IMG/VR virus record: IMGVR_UViG_3300046011_008859
Location: 1-53,520 of that record
Reading direction: 5' to 3' (one strand)
Length of the DNA stretch: 53,520 bases
Source of the DNA: a virus
Lineage: Duplodnaviria; Caudoviricetes
A program made the translations under genes and the position numbers. The notes beneath the pieces are model-generated. The model did not search any database. It was not told the origin of the DNA and was given only the letters and a program-made list of their open reading frames with translations. Below are positions 44,602 to 53,520 of the stretch, one piece after another; the first letter of the stretch is position 1; every line of letters begins with the position of its first letter.

Positions 44602-46675
44602 TCCCCGAGTCATCTCCCTCGACATCGAAACCTACGGAGCCGCTGCCACCAACGGGAAGGGAACCCTGTTGCCTGCGCAGACCGTGTTCCATCCTGCACG
44701 GGCCATCGCCACGGACGGCGTTGCCCGCCAGGACCTAGTGCTCACGTGCGCCATCACCGTCGCAGCGTCCGAGCCACGCCGTCCCGCCAACGGAACGCTC
44801 GACCTCGACGGCATCGCCAGCCTCGTGCCCGGCTCCACCTTCACGCTCAACCTGACCGACCCCACCAGCCACGCGTGCCTGTCCGCATGGCTTCGTCACT
44901 CCGACGTGATCGTCGGCATGAACCTGCCGTTCGACATCCTCTGGCTGCGTGCGTTCAGCAACGAGTTCGCGATGCTCCTGTCCGGCAGGCATACGCTCAT
45001 CGACCTGTCCGTCGTCAACTTCCTTCACTCCGAGCTCCGTCCAGAGCGCAGCCTCAAGTCACTCGGCCCCGTCCTCGGCACGCACTCGTACCGTGACGAC
45101 GCCACTCTCAAGGACGGCCGACGCTTCCCGTCCCCCACCAGCCCGGATCTCCACGCCTACAACGCGCAGGACACGCACAACACCATGCTCGCCGTCGCCC
45201 ACCTGGCACGGCGCATCCAGCAGGATTACCCCGGCACAGACAAGCTCAACCCAAAGTGCGTCGGCCACTTCAGCAGCACGCTGTGGTCCACCATCCGCAT
45301 GAGCGAAGCCGGCATCCCGTTCCGGTTCCGCACCCTGCACAACCTCGAGGATCGCCTGCTCCTCGAAGCAGACCAAGCATCCAACTGCGCCGCTGCTGGT
45401 GGGGTACTCATCGAAGGCGAAGGCAGCGTCCAGTCGCAGCGCGAGTTCCTCGACCGATGCATCGCCGACATCCAGGTCGCGCACCCCGACTTCCTCACCC
45501 ACCCACTGCTCACCTACACCGAGAAGAACAAGCAGCTCTCGTGGTCCAGCGAGAACCGCCGCCTCATCTCCAGCCACCTGCCCGACACGCACCCGGCCCG
45601 TGCCGTCTTCGAGTGCGCCGACAAGCACGCCACCGCACAGAAGCTCGTCTCCTCATACACCTACCCGCTCCTCCGGCACCGTCGCACCAAGCCCACGGAC
45701 AAGTCCTCCGTCCTCATCCCCTGCGCCGGCAACCCGATCATCGGCATCGCGTACCCCACGTGGTACACCGTCCCGTCCGTGCCGAAGGACTCCGGCTCCG
45801 AGGGCGGCACGATCCAGGCACGCATCACCTGCAAGAACCCAGCAGCCCAGACATTCCCCGCCGTCATCAAGGACTGCGAGGAGTCACGCTTCCCCGGCGG
45901 CAGCATCGTCTCGTTCGACCTGAGCCAGATCGAGCTCCGCGTCGCAGCCGTCCTGTCCGGCGAGCCCACCCTGCTCGCCGCCTTCAACGACGGCCTCGAC
46001 CTGCACACCGAGCGCACGCTCGCCATCTTCGGCCCCGACTCCAAGGAACGCACGGACTTCAAGGCCCTGCGCCAGATCGGCAAGACCGTGAACTTCGCCG
46101 ACCTGTTCGGCGCATCCGCCGCACGACTCCAGCGTTCCGTGCTCGACATGTCCGGCACGCTGTACCCCATGTCCTTCTTCGACCAGATCGTCGCCTCACG
46201 CCACGCCCAGCGTCCCCGCCTGGTGGAGTGGCAGCACTCCCTCTGCAAGACCGCCGAGTCCAATGGGTACATCGAGCTGCCGTACACCGGCCACTCCCGC
46301 ACGTTCACCAACTTCCGTCTGGACGAACGGGCATGGCGCACGCGCAAGGAACTCAAGCAGATGCTCGCACGCGGAGGCAAGTCGATGATCTCCGAAGTCT
46401 GCAACTTCCCCGTGCAGGCGACCGCCGGCAACGCCATGCTCGCCATCCAGAACCACATCCACCGCAGCCTCGGACCCCTGACTTCTCCCACCAGCCACCT
46501 CCAGCCGCGCCTGTTCCTCCAGGTCTACGACGCCCTGTACTTCGACTGCCCGCCGGGCACCGAAGACCATGCCCGCGACCTCATGGTGGAAGCAGTCGAG
46601 CACGTGTCCGAGTGCGGCTATTGGTACGAACTCTGTTCCCGTTCCGGTCATCACGCACCCCTCATCTACGAGTAA
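44591..46675 (+). CDS. polA: DNA polymerase family A with 3'-5' exonuclease
   Basis: Exo motifs SLDIETY, NLPFDI, YNAQD; motif A DLSQIELR; motif B RQIGKTVNFADLFG; NFPVQATA; motif C LQVYDAL. Confidence 0.9.
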   Translation: MSNSPRVISLDIETYGAAATNGKGTLLPAQTVFHPARAIATDGVARQDLVLTCAITVAASEPRRPANGTLDLDGIASLVPGSTFTLNLTDPTSHACLSAWLRHSDVIVGMNLPFDILWLRAFSNEFAMLLSGRHTLIDLSVVNFLHSELRPERSLKSLGPVLGTHSYRDDATLKDGRRFPSPTSPDLHAYNAQDTHNTMLAVAHLARRIQQDYPGTDKLNPKCVGHFSSTLWSTIRMSEAGIPFRFRTLHNLEDRLLLEADQASNCAAAGGVLIEGEGSVQSQREFLDRCIADIQVAHPDFLTHPLLTYTEKNKQLSWSSENRRLISSHLPDTHPARAVFECADKHATAQKLVSSYTYPLLRHRRTKPTDKSSVLIPCAGNPIIGIAYPTWYTVPSVPKDSGSEGGTIQARITCKNPAAQTFPAVIKDCEESRFPGGSIVSFDLSQIELRVAAVLSGEPTLLAAFNDGLDLHTERTLAIFGPDSKERTDFKALRQIGKTVNFADLFGASAARLQRSVLDMSGTLYPMSFFDQIVASRHAQRPRLVEWQHSLCKTAESNGYIELPYTGHSRTFTNFRLDERAWRTRKELKQMLARGGKSMISEVCNFPVQATAGNAMLAIQNHIHRSLGPLTSPTSHLQPRLFLQVYDALYFDCPPGTEDHARDLMVEAVEHVSECGYWYELCSRSGHHAPLIYE

Positions 46676-46678
46676 ACC

Positions 46679-46993
46679 ATGCAGAACTGGTCCGTTCCCC
46701 CCACCGTCTTCGAGTCCCTCTACCGCTACTACAGACACGGCATCCCCGGCGGCGACTTCGTCATGTCCGTCATCAACGACAAGGGATGGGAAGCCGCAGC
46801 CCGTGCGGACTCCACCAACCGCAAACACCTGGCCGACATCCTGCTGTTCAACGGGCAGGCCAGCCGATACCACCGTGACTGCAAGCTCTCGAACGACATG
46901 TCCGGATACGACCTGCGATGGGAAGCATGGCGCAACCGGTACAGCCCGGAAGCCCAGGAGATCACCGCCTACCTCGGAGAAGACGATGATTAA
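46679..46993 (+). CDS. Hypothetical protein
   Basis: YYRHGIPGGDFVMSVIND...AAARADSTN. Confidence 0.65.
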   Translation: MQNWSVPPTVFESLYRYYRHGIPGGDFVMSVINDKGWEAAARADSTNRKHLADILLFNGQASRYHRDCKLSNDMSGYDLRWEAWRNRYSPEAQEITAYLGEDDD

Positions 46994-47303
46994 GTACGGC
47001 GACTACAACCTCGAAGGTCCCATCGAACGGGACATCACCGTGTACGTGGAGCGCAACGGCATCTACCTTGCCACCACCTATGCCTGTCGCTACACGATCA
47101 TCAACGAGCGAATCGACAACGGCGACCGTAGGTCACGCGTCGAAGTCGAGGACCGCACGCTCATCAAGGTGGAGTTCGGAGATGTCCACGACAACGAGTA
47201 CCGCTGGATCTACGGCGACGACATGCACCCCAAGATCCGCAACGCGGTCGACACGTTCGGTCCGGAGATCGAGAACAAGCTGAACAAGGAACTAAAGCCA
47301 TGA
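46986..47303 (+). CDS. Hypothetical protein
   Basis: MIKYGDYNLEG... overlapping both neighbours. Confidence 0.6.
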   Translation: MIKYGDYNLEGPIERDITVYVERNGIYLATTYACRYTIINERIDNGDRRSRVEVEDRTLIKVEFGDVHDNEYRWIYGDDMHPKIRNAVDTFGPEIENKLNKELKP

Positions 47304-47698
47304 GCAACTACCCCAACATCCGCAAGTGCATCGACCAGGTCCGCCACCTCCTCCCCGCCGAGTTCACGCTGGTCGTGGAGTACTCCGGGTCCAACGACTC
47401 CGGCTGGTTCGACCACCACTTCTTCTCGATGGAGGAAGGCGACCGGGTAATCTACAAGTCCGAAGACGAGAAGGAAGCAGCGCACTCCATCGTCCAGTCG
47501 TTCATCTCCGACATCCACGACGAGCTGTACCAGCTGCTCGAGTCCAGATTCCCCGGCTGGGAGATCGGGGATGGGTACGTGGACGGATCGAACGGAGCAT
47601 TCACGATCCACAGCAAGAACAACGTCATCTCCCAGCGGCACGAGATCCGATTCCAGGAAACCAAGGACGAGAGTCCAGACGAGGAAGTGAGCTTCTGA
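47300..47698 (+). CDS. DUF6878-like protein
   Basis: VEYSGSNDSG and PGWEIGDG..G.FTI motifs. Confidence 0.65.
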   Translation: MSNYPNIRKCIDQVRHLLPAEFTLVVEYSGSNDSGWFDHHFFSMEEGDRVIYKSEDEKEAAHSIVQSFISDIHDELYQLLESRFPGWEIGDGYVDGSNGAFTIHSKNNVISQRHEIRFQETKDESPDEEVSF

Positions 47699-48135
47699 TG
47701 CACCCATACCACCACGCACTGTCCTCCGCCAAGAAGTTCGGCGGGGAATGGCAGGATTACCTGTTCATCCACAACTGGTTCGACGAGACGAAGGCACTGA
47801 TGGGAGACGCACGACACCGTGCCCTCCGCCACCACACCGCCGGCATCTTCTGGTGCGAGCAGGAGTTCGGAACCAACATCAAGGTTGGCGACAAGCTGGT
47901 CCCGGTCCGGCTGGTCGCGGAGCAGCACGTCATGGAGGACATGGGTTTCCTGCCCACGCCCGAGTGGTGGCTGTCCAACATGAAGCTGACCATCGGCATG
48001 AACCGAGTCCCCTCCAAGCCGCCGGTCAGCGGAGACGAATGGGCGGACACCAGGAAGAATCTCCTGAAGGACATCTACGGACTGCACAAGGAAATCCCTA
48101 GCATCCGGGAGTGTCCCGAACCGCCACCGTCCTGA
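47698..48135 (+). CDS. DUF6915-like protein
   Basis: HPYHHALSSAKKFGG..DY..IHNWFD..K..D.RHRALRHH..GIF...EQHVMEDMG. Confidence 0.75.
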   Translation: MHPYHHALSSAKKFGGEWQDYLFIHNWFDETKALMGDARHRALRHHTAGIFWCEQEFGTNIKVGDKLVPVRLVAEQHVMEDMGFLPTPEWWLSNMKLTIGMNRVPSKPPVSGDEWADTRKNLLKDIYGLHKEIPSIRECPEPPPS

Positions 48136-48692
48136 TCGACAGCAGGGAGAAGAAGCCGCTTGCGTTCCCGGCCCACCTCGTGGTGCTGGACCGCAGCCGC
48201 CCCTCCACCGCCGGCAAGTCCCTCACATTGACGGTCCGCACTCAGTCTCAGACCCTCAAGACCGGGGACTACCGGCTGGTGGGGGGCACCAGCGCAATCG
48301 AGCGGAAGGGATCCTTCGAGGAGATCGCAGGCAATTGCCTGACCGTGGACGGCAGGCGACGCTTCGCTGACTGCTGCCGTCGCCTGCGCGACGATTGCAG
48401 GACAGCATGCCTCCTGTTCGAGGGCTGGATCCGTGACTTTGAAGTAAGGCCTGGACTTCCCCATCCGGGGGTAGCAACCGATGCCCTACTGGATATCATC
48501 GGGGAGCACGGTTTGCCGCTCATGCTTCTTCCCCTGAGCACAGTAGGCCAGCGTAGGGCCGCAGGAGAATGGGCACTGAGGTGGCTGCTCGCGCAGGAAA
48601 AACATGGCACAGGTCCAGCTCACGACGGACGTCAAGAACTACGACTACCAGACGCTGATCTCAGGGGTGACTCCGTCAGGGGAGACGTTTGA
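48111..48692 (+). CDS. ERCC4/XPF-domain nuclease (resolvase candidate)
   Basis: IDSREKKP, LKTGDY and IERKGS motifs. Confidence 0.8.
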   Translation: MSRTATVLIDSREKKPLAFPAHLVVLDRSRPSTAGKSLTLTVRTQSQTLKTGDYRLVGGTSAIERKGSFEEIAGNCLTVDGRRRFADCCRRLRDDCRTACLLFEGWIRDFEVRPGLPHPGVATDALLDIIGEHGLPLMLLPLSTVGQRRAAGEWALRWLLAQEKHGTGPAHDGRQELRLPDADLRGDSVRGDV

Positions 48693-49140
48693 ACCCAGGA
48701 GATTTCCGGTTTCCGTCCGTCCGACTTCCTCGAATGGATCAGGGGTCTATGTCTTCGGCGGTAACCAGAACTACCTGAAGCTCCAGGTTTTCTCGGCTCA
48801 GACCTCGGGGCTCAACGCATACATCTACGGCTGGAACTTCTGCGCAGAACGAATGTTCTGGGTTCCTCAGGCCCTTTGGGAAGGAAGCTTTTCGTTTTCT
48901 GCTCCCATCGCGACTGTTCCGTTCTCGACAAGTCAGATGTATGCAGGGTTCATGACGACCACTTCTCCCGGAAACAATGCTGGACCGACGAACAGCAAGG
49001 AACTTGTGTTTGGGACACACACTGCAGGTTCCACCCTGATGGTGGACTGCGTCGGTGCTCAGTTCCTTGAGCTGGTCATCTTCAATCCTACTTCTGGCGG
49101 TTCGGCTTCCACCCTTGGCATTCTCACGTCGAGCCTCTGA
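48604..49140 (+). CDS. Hypothetical (probably structural) protein
   Basis: 178 aa beta-rich; first gene of the fibre cassette; lower GC. Confidence 0.6.
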   Translation: MAQVQLTTDVKNYDYQTLISGVTPSGETFEPRRFPVSVRPTSSNGSGVYVFGGNQNYLKLQVFSAQTSGLNAYIYGWNFCAERMFWVPQALWEGSFSFSAPIATVPFSTSQMYAGFMTTTSPGNNAGPTNSKELVFGTHTAGSTLMVDCVGAQFLELVIFNPTSGGSASTLGILTSSL

Positions 49141-49397
49141 TGAGATACAGAATCAAGCCAGTCGGAAGCCCATACGCGCTGCTTTCGAGACTGCGCAACG
49201 GCGAGAGGATCCTGCCGCTTGTTCTTGTTGCCTCGTTCAATCCGAGCGACAACGTCTACGACTACGTCTACGACGGTGAGAATCCAACCGCAAGCCAGGC
49301 GTTCGTCCAGGATTACCTCGAAGGATCCGATCCGTACGAAACGCAGTACGTCCTGTACGTAGACGGTGGAGATCCCTTCACCGAACTGCCTTCGTAA
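49140..49397 (+). CDS. Hypothetical protein
   Basis: 85 aa, TGATG coupling, VDGGDPF near the C-terminus. Confidence 0.6.
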   Translation: MRYRIKPVGSPYALLSRLRNGERILPLVLVASFNPSDNVYDYVYDGENPTASQAFVQDYLEGSDPYETQYVLYVDGGDPFTELPS

Positions 49398-49400
49398 TCG

Positions 49401-50405
49401 ATGATCACGAACAAGTCAATCATCGCAGTAAGGCGTGGATCATCCGCTGCGTGGGTGAATGCGAATCCACTTCTTGTACTTGGCGAGATTGGCTACGACA
49501 CGACGGCCCTGAAGTTCAAGGTCGGGAACGGAGAAGACCTGTGGAACGACCTGCCGTACGTCACGGCCGGAGACACCCAGGCTCTCTGGACACGGACAGA
49601 CCCGACGACCATTACGGTCGGCGGCATCACGAGCGGAACGTCGGGCTCCGCGCTGGTGGGTGACAATGCCATCGAGATCCTCGAGCGGATGCTGTACCCA
49701 TACGTCGCACCCGTGTTCAGCAACCTGTCGGTGTCCGGGCTGAGCAGTGCATACGAGATCGGCCAGCCATTCATCACGAGCGGCACCGCAACCTGGACCG
49801 CCGGCCAGCCCACCGCCAACTGGATCAACGGCACCGGGTACATCTCGTTCACCCCACCCACCGGCGTGGTGGGGGACATCGCGGGTCCGTTCAACCCCAC
49901 CAGCCAAAGCCAGGTACTCAACTTCTCCTCCTTCACTGCCCCCACCAGCCCCGTCAACAGCAACTCGATCACGATTGCACTGCGTGGCCAGCACAACGCA
50001 GCCAACCCCACCAACGCGAGCACCAGCATCAGCCGTCAGTGGTGGTCCCGCATGTACTTCGGCAAGTCAAGCAACGCGAACCTGACCACCAACACATTCA
50101 ACGTGGCAGCCGGCACAAACAACGGTGCGCTGCTCCAGACCACGAACGGCCAAGGCCCCAGCAACTACTCGATGGACGTGGGTGCAGGCGGTGGATACTT
50201 CTACTTCTTTATCCACAATGACTACACCCTGTCCACCGCTGGACCGTTCTTCGGACTGAGGTTCGGCACCAACGCGCTGGCGCAGGACCCGATCACGACC
50301 GTCACCCTGACGAACCAGTACGGCGTGACCGCCACGTACAAGCGGTACAAGTCCACCAACATTCTCAACGACGCCATCACCGTGGTGGCGAACCCGACTT
50401 CCTGA
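49401..50405 (+). CDS. Fibre protein with an Mtd_N/hyaluronidase-type N-terminal domain
   Basis: RRGSSAAWVNANPLLVLGEIGYDT...KVGNG...WNDLPY. Confidence 0.75.
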   Translation: MITNKSIIAVRRGSSAAWVNANPLLVLGEIGYDTTALKFKVGNGEDLWNDLPYVTAGDTQALWTRTDPTTITVGGITSGTSGSALVGDNAIEILERMLYPYVAPVFSNLSVSGLSSAYEIGQPFITSGTATWTAGQPTANWINGTGYISFTPPTGVVGDIAGPFNPTSQSQVLNFSSFTAPTSPVNSNSITIALRGQHNAANPTNASTSISRQWWSRMYFGKSSNANLTTNTFNVAAGTNNGALLQTTNGQGPSNYSMDVGAGGGYFYFFIHNDYTLSTAGPFFGLRFGTNALAQDPITTVTLTNQYGVTATYKRYKSTNILNDAITVVANPTS

Positions 50406-50406
50406 C

Positions 50407-50772
50407 ATGCCAATCCCAGGAACAGTACCCCTCTCAGGCACGGTCGCGCCCACCTCGGAGCTCGACACGTTCCCGGTGACGAACCCGAAGTACGGGCTCG
50501 GCGGACTCAGGACGGTGGCAGACATCACCGAGAGAAACTCAATCCCAACCGAGCGCAGGCAGGTGGGGATGATGGTCTATGTCCTGTCCGAATCCCTCTA
50601 CTACGGACTTGCGGGGGACACGGGGAACAACAACTGGGTGCCGCTTCGGATTCCTGACATAAGGTTCTTGGTAACTAGTCCCCAGAATCTGGATATCCTG
50701 TCCTTCAATAGCAGCGTTTCCGCATTCATAAATCTGCCTCAAGAAACAATCACCGACGGCGGGACTTACTAA
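50407..50772 (+). CDS. Fibre-associated protein
   Basis: GGLRTVADITERNSIPTERRQVGMMVYV; C-terminal ITDGGTY. Confidence 0.65.
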   Translation: MPIPGTVPLSGTVAPTSELDTFPVTNPKYGLGGLRTVADITERNSIPTERRQVGMMVYVLSESLYYGLAGDTGNNNWVPLRIPDIRFLVTSPQNLDILSFNSSVSAFINLPQETITDGGTY

Positions 50773-50781
50773 GGAAGAACA

Positions 50782-52956
50782 ATGCCAAACACGATCCGCA
50801 TCAAGCGCCGCCTCCTCGACGCTACCGTTCCCAACCCGCTTCAGTCAGGCGAGCTTGCGTACAACGAGGTCAGCAACAAGCTGTACTACGGTGCGGGCAA
50901 CAACGGATCCGGCGTTGCCACCAGTGTCATCGAGATCGCGGGTTCCGGTTCGTACGTGGGCCTGACCGGAACGCAGACGATCACCGGGAACAAGACCTTC
51001 AGCGGCACCGTTACGCTGAGTGGCACCTCGACCGCAGTCACACAGGCAAACAGCGACGACTCCACCAAGATCGCGACGACCGCGTTCGTCAAGAGCCTCG
51101 GCCTTGGGTCCGGCTCGGTCACGAGCGTTGCCCTGACACTTCCGTCCTTCATCACGGTGACCGGATCGCCAGTCACCACCTCCGGCACACTGACGGGCAC
51201 GCTTGCATCGCAGACTGCCAACCACGTTTTCATCGCACCGAACGGTTCGGCCGGCGCTCCGACTTTCCGTGCCTTGGCAGCCGCCGACATTCCCGAACTA
51301 ACGTCGAGCAAGATCAGCAACTTTAACACTTCAGTTCAAAGCACCAAGCTGAACCAGTTTGCCGCGCCGGATGGGCCAGTGGCCATGGGAAGCCAGCGGA
51401 TCAGTGGCCTCGCCGAGCCCACTCAGTCCACCGACGCAGCGACCAAGAACTACGTCGACACCACCGCTCAGGGCATCCACACCCACACGTCCTGCCGCCT
51501 GGCCACGGCTGCTGCTCTTCCGTCCTGCACCTACAACAACGGGACGAGCGGCGTCGGCGCAACCCTGACCGCCACTGCGAACGGGGCACTGACCGTCGAT
51601 GGCGTTGCCGTTGCCTCAGGCGACCGCATCCTTGTCAAGAACCAGGATGCTGCGCCCCTTCAGAACGGCGTGTACGTAGTGACAAACACCGGCGGCGCAA
51701 GCGCCGTGTTCGTGCTTACCCGTGCCACGGACATGGATGCGGCCGACGAGTTCCCCGCCTCCTTCGAGTTCGTGGAAGAGGGATCGCAGGCAGACTCCGG
51801 CTGGATCTGCACCACCAATCTGCCCATCACCGTCGGCACGACCGCAATCGTCTGGACGCAGTTCAGCGGCGCAGGTCAGATCGACGCGGGCAACGGTCTC
51901 ACGAAGACGGGCAACACCCTCAGCGTGGTAACCGCCTCTCAAACCCGTATTGCGGTCAGCGCAGACAGCATCGACCTTGCCCAGGTCACGGTGACGCCAA
52001 CGGTTGGTTCCCCTGGAACGGACTACGTTGCTGGCCTGACGGTTGACGACTACGGTCGAATCACTGCATACCAGACTTCGACCATCCAGTCTGCAAGCAC
52101 TTCGGTTTCAGGCATCGTCCAGCTTTCGTCGGCCACGAACAGCGCGTCTAACTCGTTTGCTGCCACTGCATCAGCAGTCAAGTCAGCCTATGACCTTGCC
52201 AACGGTGGTCTGAGCAAGACCGGTGGCACGATGACCGGCAAGCTCACCGCTAGGGCTTCCGATATCTCGGCTGCCTCCATCAACATCGGGAACGGAACGG
52301 CCCCGACTACGCCTGTGACCGGAGACGTGTGGGCCACGGGCGGCGAACTTTACCACTACACGGGAAGCAAGAGCGCCAAGATCGCGCAGGCAGACTTCTC
52401 CAACGTCACGGGGCAGCTCGGGCTTGCCAACGGCGGAACCGGCGGAGCGTCATACACCGCAGGCAAGATCGTCAAGGTCAACGCAGGCGGCACGGCATTC
52501 GTCAACGTCACGGACGGCACGGACCTGGTCGTGCCCGGAACCACCACGGTCGGCAAGATCATCACTGCAGGTGGAACGACGACAGTCGCTTCGCTGAACA
52601 TTCCCGTTGGCGTTGCCCCCACTTCTCCTGTTTCTGGAGACATCTGGAACTCAGGCACTGCAATTAACTTCCGGAACAACGTAGGTGGAAGCCGAACCTT
52701 TGCGTTCTCTGATGGAAACATCACAGGTACCGCAGCTGGTTTGTCTGCAACTCTTGCGGTTGCATTCGGCGGCACGGGCGCGACCTCGCTAACGGGCTAC
52801 GTCAAGGGCAATGGCACGAGCGCAATGACCGCTGCGGCCACGATCCCGAACACGGACATCACTGGGCTCGGCACGATGTCCACGCAGGCGGCGAACAACG
52901 TCGCCATCACCGGCGGTACTATCGACGGCATCGTGATCGACGGCGGCACCTACTGA
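50782..52956 (+). CDS. Long tail/capsid fibre protein
   Basis: MPNTIRIKR..GELAYN; STKIATTAFV; DAATKNYVD; GDRILVKNQ..QNGVY; GIVQLSSAT; C-terminal IDGGTY. Confidence 0.8.
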   Translation: MPNTIRIKRRLLDATVPNPLQSGELAYNEVSNKLYYGAGNNGSGVATSVIEIAGSGSYVGLTGTQTITGNKTFSGTVTLSGTSTAVTQANSDDSTKIATTAFVKSLGLGSGSVTSVALTLPSFITVTGSPVTTSGTLTGTLASQTANHVFIAPNGSAGAPTFRALAAADIPELTSSKISNFNTSVQSTKLNQFAAPDGPVAMGSQRISGLAEPTQSTDAATKNYVDTTAQGIHTHTSCRLATAAALPSCTYNNGTSGVGATLTATANGALTVDGVAVASGDRILVKNQDAAPLQNGVYVVTNTGGASAVFVLTRATDMDAADEFPASFEFVEEGSQADSGWICTTNLPITVGTTAIVWTQFSGAGQIDAGNGLTKTGNTLSVVTASQTRIAVSADSIDLAQVTVTPTVGSPGTDYVAGLTVDDYGRITAYQTSTIQSASTSVSGIVQLSSATNSASNSFAATASAVKSAYDLANGGLSKTGGTMTGKLTARASDISAASINIGNGTAPTTPVTGDVWATGGELYHYTGSKSAKIAQADFSNVTGQLGLANGGTGGASYTAGKIVKVNAGGTAFVNVTDGTDLVVPGTTTVGKIITAGGTTTVASLNIPVGVAPTSPVSGDIWNSGTAINFRNNVGGSRTFAFSDGNITGTAAGLSATLAVAFGGTGATSLTGYVKGNGTSAMTAAATIPNTDITGLGTMSTQAANNVAITGGTIDGIVIDGGTY

Positions 52957-52959
52957 TCC

Positions 52960-53520
52960 ATGGCAAACACCCTCAGGATCAAGCGCAGTTCCACTGCAAA
53001 CGCTACCCCTACCGGCCTTCAGGCTGGTGAGCTGGCGGCCAACACGACAGACAAGACGCTGTTCATCGGTGACGGCACGAACACGCAGGAGCTGACGCGC
53101 CGTGCAGCATCGTCTACTGCGGGACGGGTGCAGTTGGCGGCAAGCACGGGCGCACTGACAGACAGCGGAGGACTGCACTTTGACAGCACGAACAACACGC
53201 TGACAGTCAACACGGTGTTGGTGCAGTCCACGTCTACGGAAGGTGTTGTCATCAATAACGCCAACCCGAGCAAGCCGATGGTGCTGACGCACTCAAACAT
53301 GGCAGATGGCGGCAAGATCATCATCGGCGATTACTTCGAAGACGGCAACGGCACCACGATCACGGTCAACGACGAGACAACAGAAGTCGGCATTCAAGGC
53401 ACGCTGGTTTCGCTGGAGGGTATGCAGACCGTTCAACTTCAGTTGCTTGACGGTGACTATTCACACAGCGTCAATCTTGCTGCGCCATTGACTGTTGCGG
53501 CTACTTACACGCTGACGCTT
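52960..53520 (+). CDS. Fibre-type protein, paralogue/allele of 4..696, truncated by the window end
   Basis: MANTLRIKRSSTANATPTGLQAGELAANTTDKTLFIGDG...; open to the end of the window. Confidence 0.75.
   Translation, partial: MANTLRIKRSSTANATPTGLQAGELAANTTDKTLFIGDGTNTQELTRRAASSTAGRVQLAASTGALTDSGGLHFDSTNNTLTVNTVLVQSTSTEGVVINNANPSKPMVLTHSNMADGGKIIIGDYFEDGNGTTITVNDETTEVGIQGTLVSLEGMQTVQLQLLDGDYSHSVNLAAPLTVAATYTLTL

Larger units (their letters stand above)
2505..49949. repeat. Dispersed 10-mer GCTGGTGGGG / CCCCACCAGC (27 exact copies found)
   Basis: Manual scan; positions are listed under findings. Confidence 0.85.

Noticed and set aside
45256-46878. 540-aa same-strand alternative-frame ORF inside polA
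   Set aside because: Arg/Pro/His-rich product typical of an off-frame read of C-ending codons.
1-53520. Alternative genetic code or prophage/integration module
   Set aside because: Genes are full length and tightly coupled under code 11 with all three stop codons used; no integrase, repressor or host genes recognised.

Overview
The window is an apparently complete (about 53 kb) genome of a GC-rich tailed dsDNA phage with podovirus-like head and tail-tubular genes. I see no integrase, repressor, tRNA or CRISPR array. The minus strand from about 8.8 to 36.7 kb carries terminase, portal, scaffold, major capsid, a cluster of tiny basic proteins, tail tubular/adaptor proteins and Gln-rich putative ejection proteins. 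The plus strand from 36.7 kb to the end, continuing at 1-8.9 kb, carries an SF3 helicase, small early genes, a uracil-DNA glycosylase, a family A DNA polymerase, an ERCC4 nuclease, a multi-gene fibre cassette, a membrane/lysis-like cluster without a recognisable endolysin, a metallophosphoesterase and a PD-(D/E)XK nuclease / AAA ATPase / SSB recombination module. The two window ends carry two diverged versions of one fibre gene. The strongest unexplained signal is a non-palindromic 10-mer, GCTGGTGGGG/CCCCACCAGC, which contains the E. coli Chi octamer. I found it by eye at 27 exact sites (under 1 expected), in several reading frames, on both strands and between genes. Other signals are an abrupt G-to-C skew switch at about 38.5-38.7 kb beside an AT-rich tract and a long inverted repeat, a family of long GC hairpins before early genes, a candidate structured ncRNA at about 43.2-43.5 kb, and altered catalytic motifs in the polymerase and glycosylase. 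All family assignments come from motif recognition only; no database searches were run.
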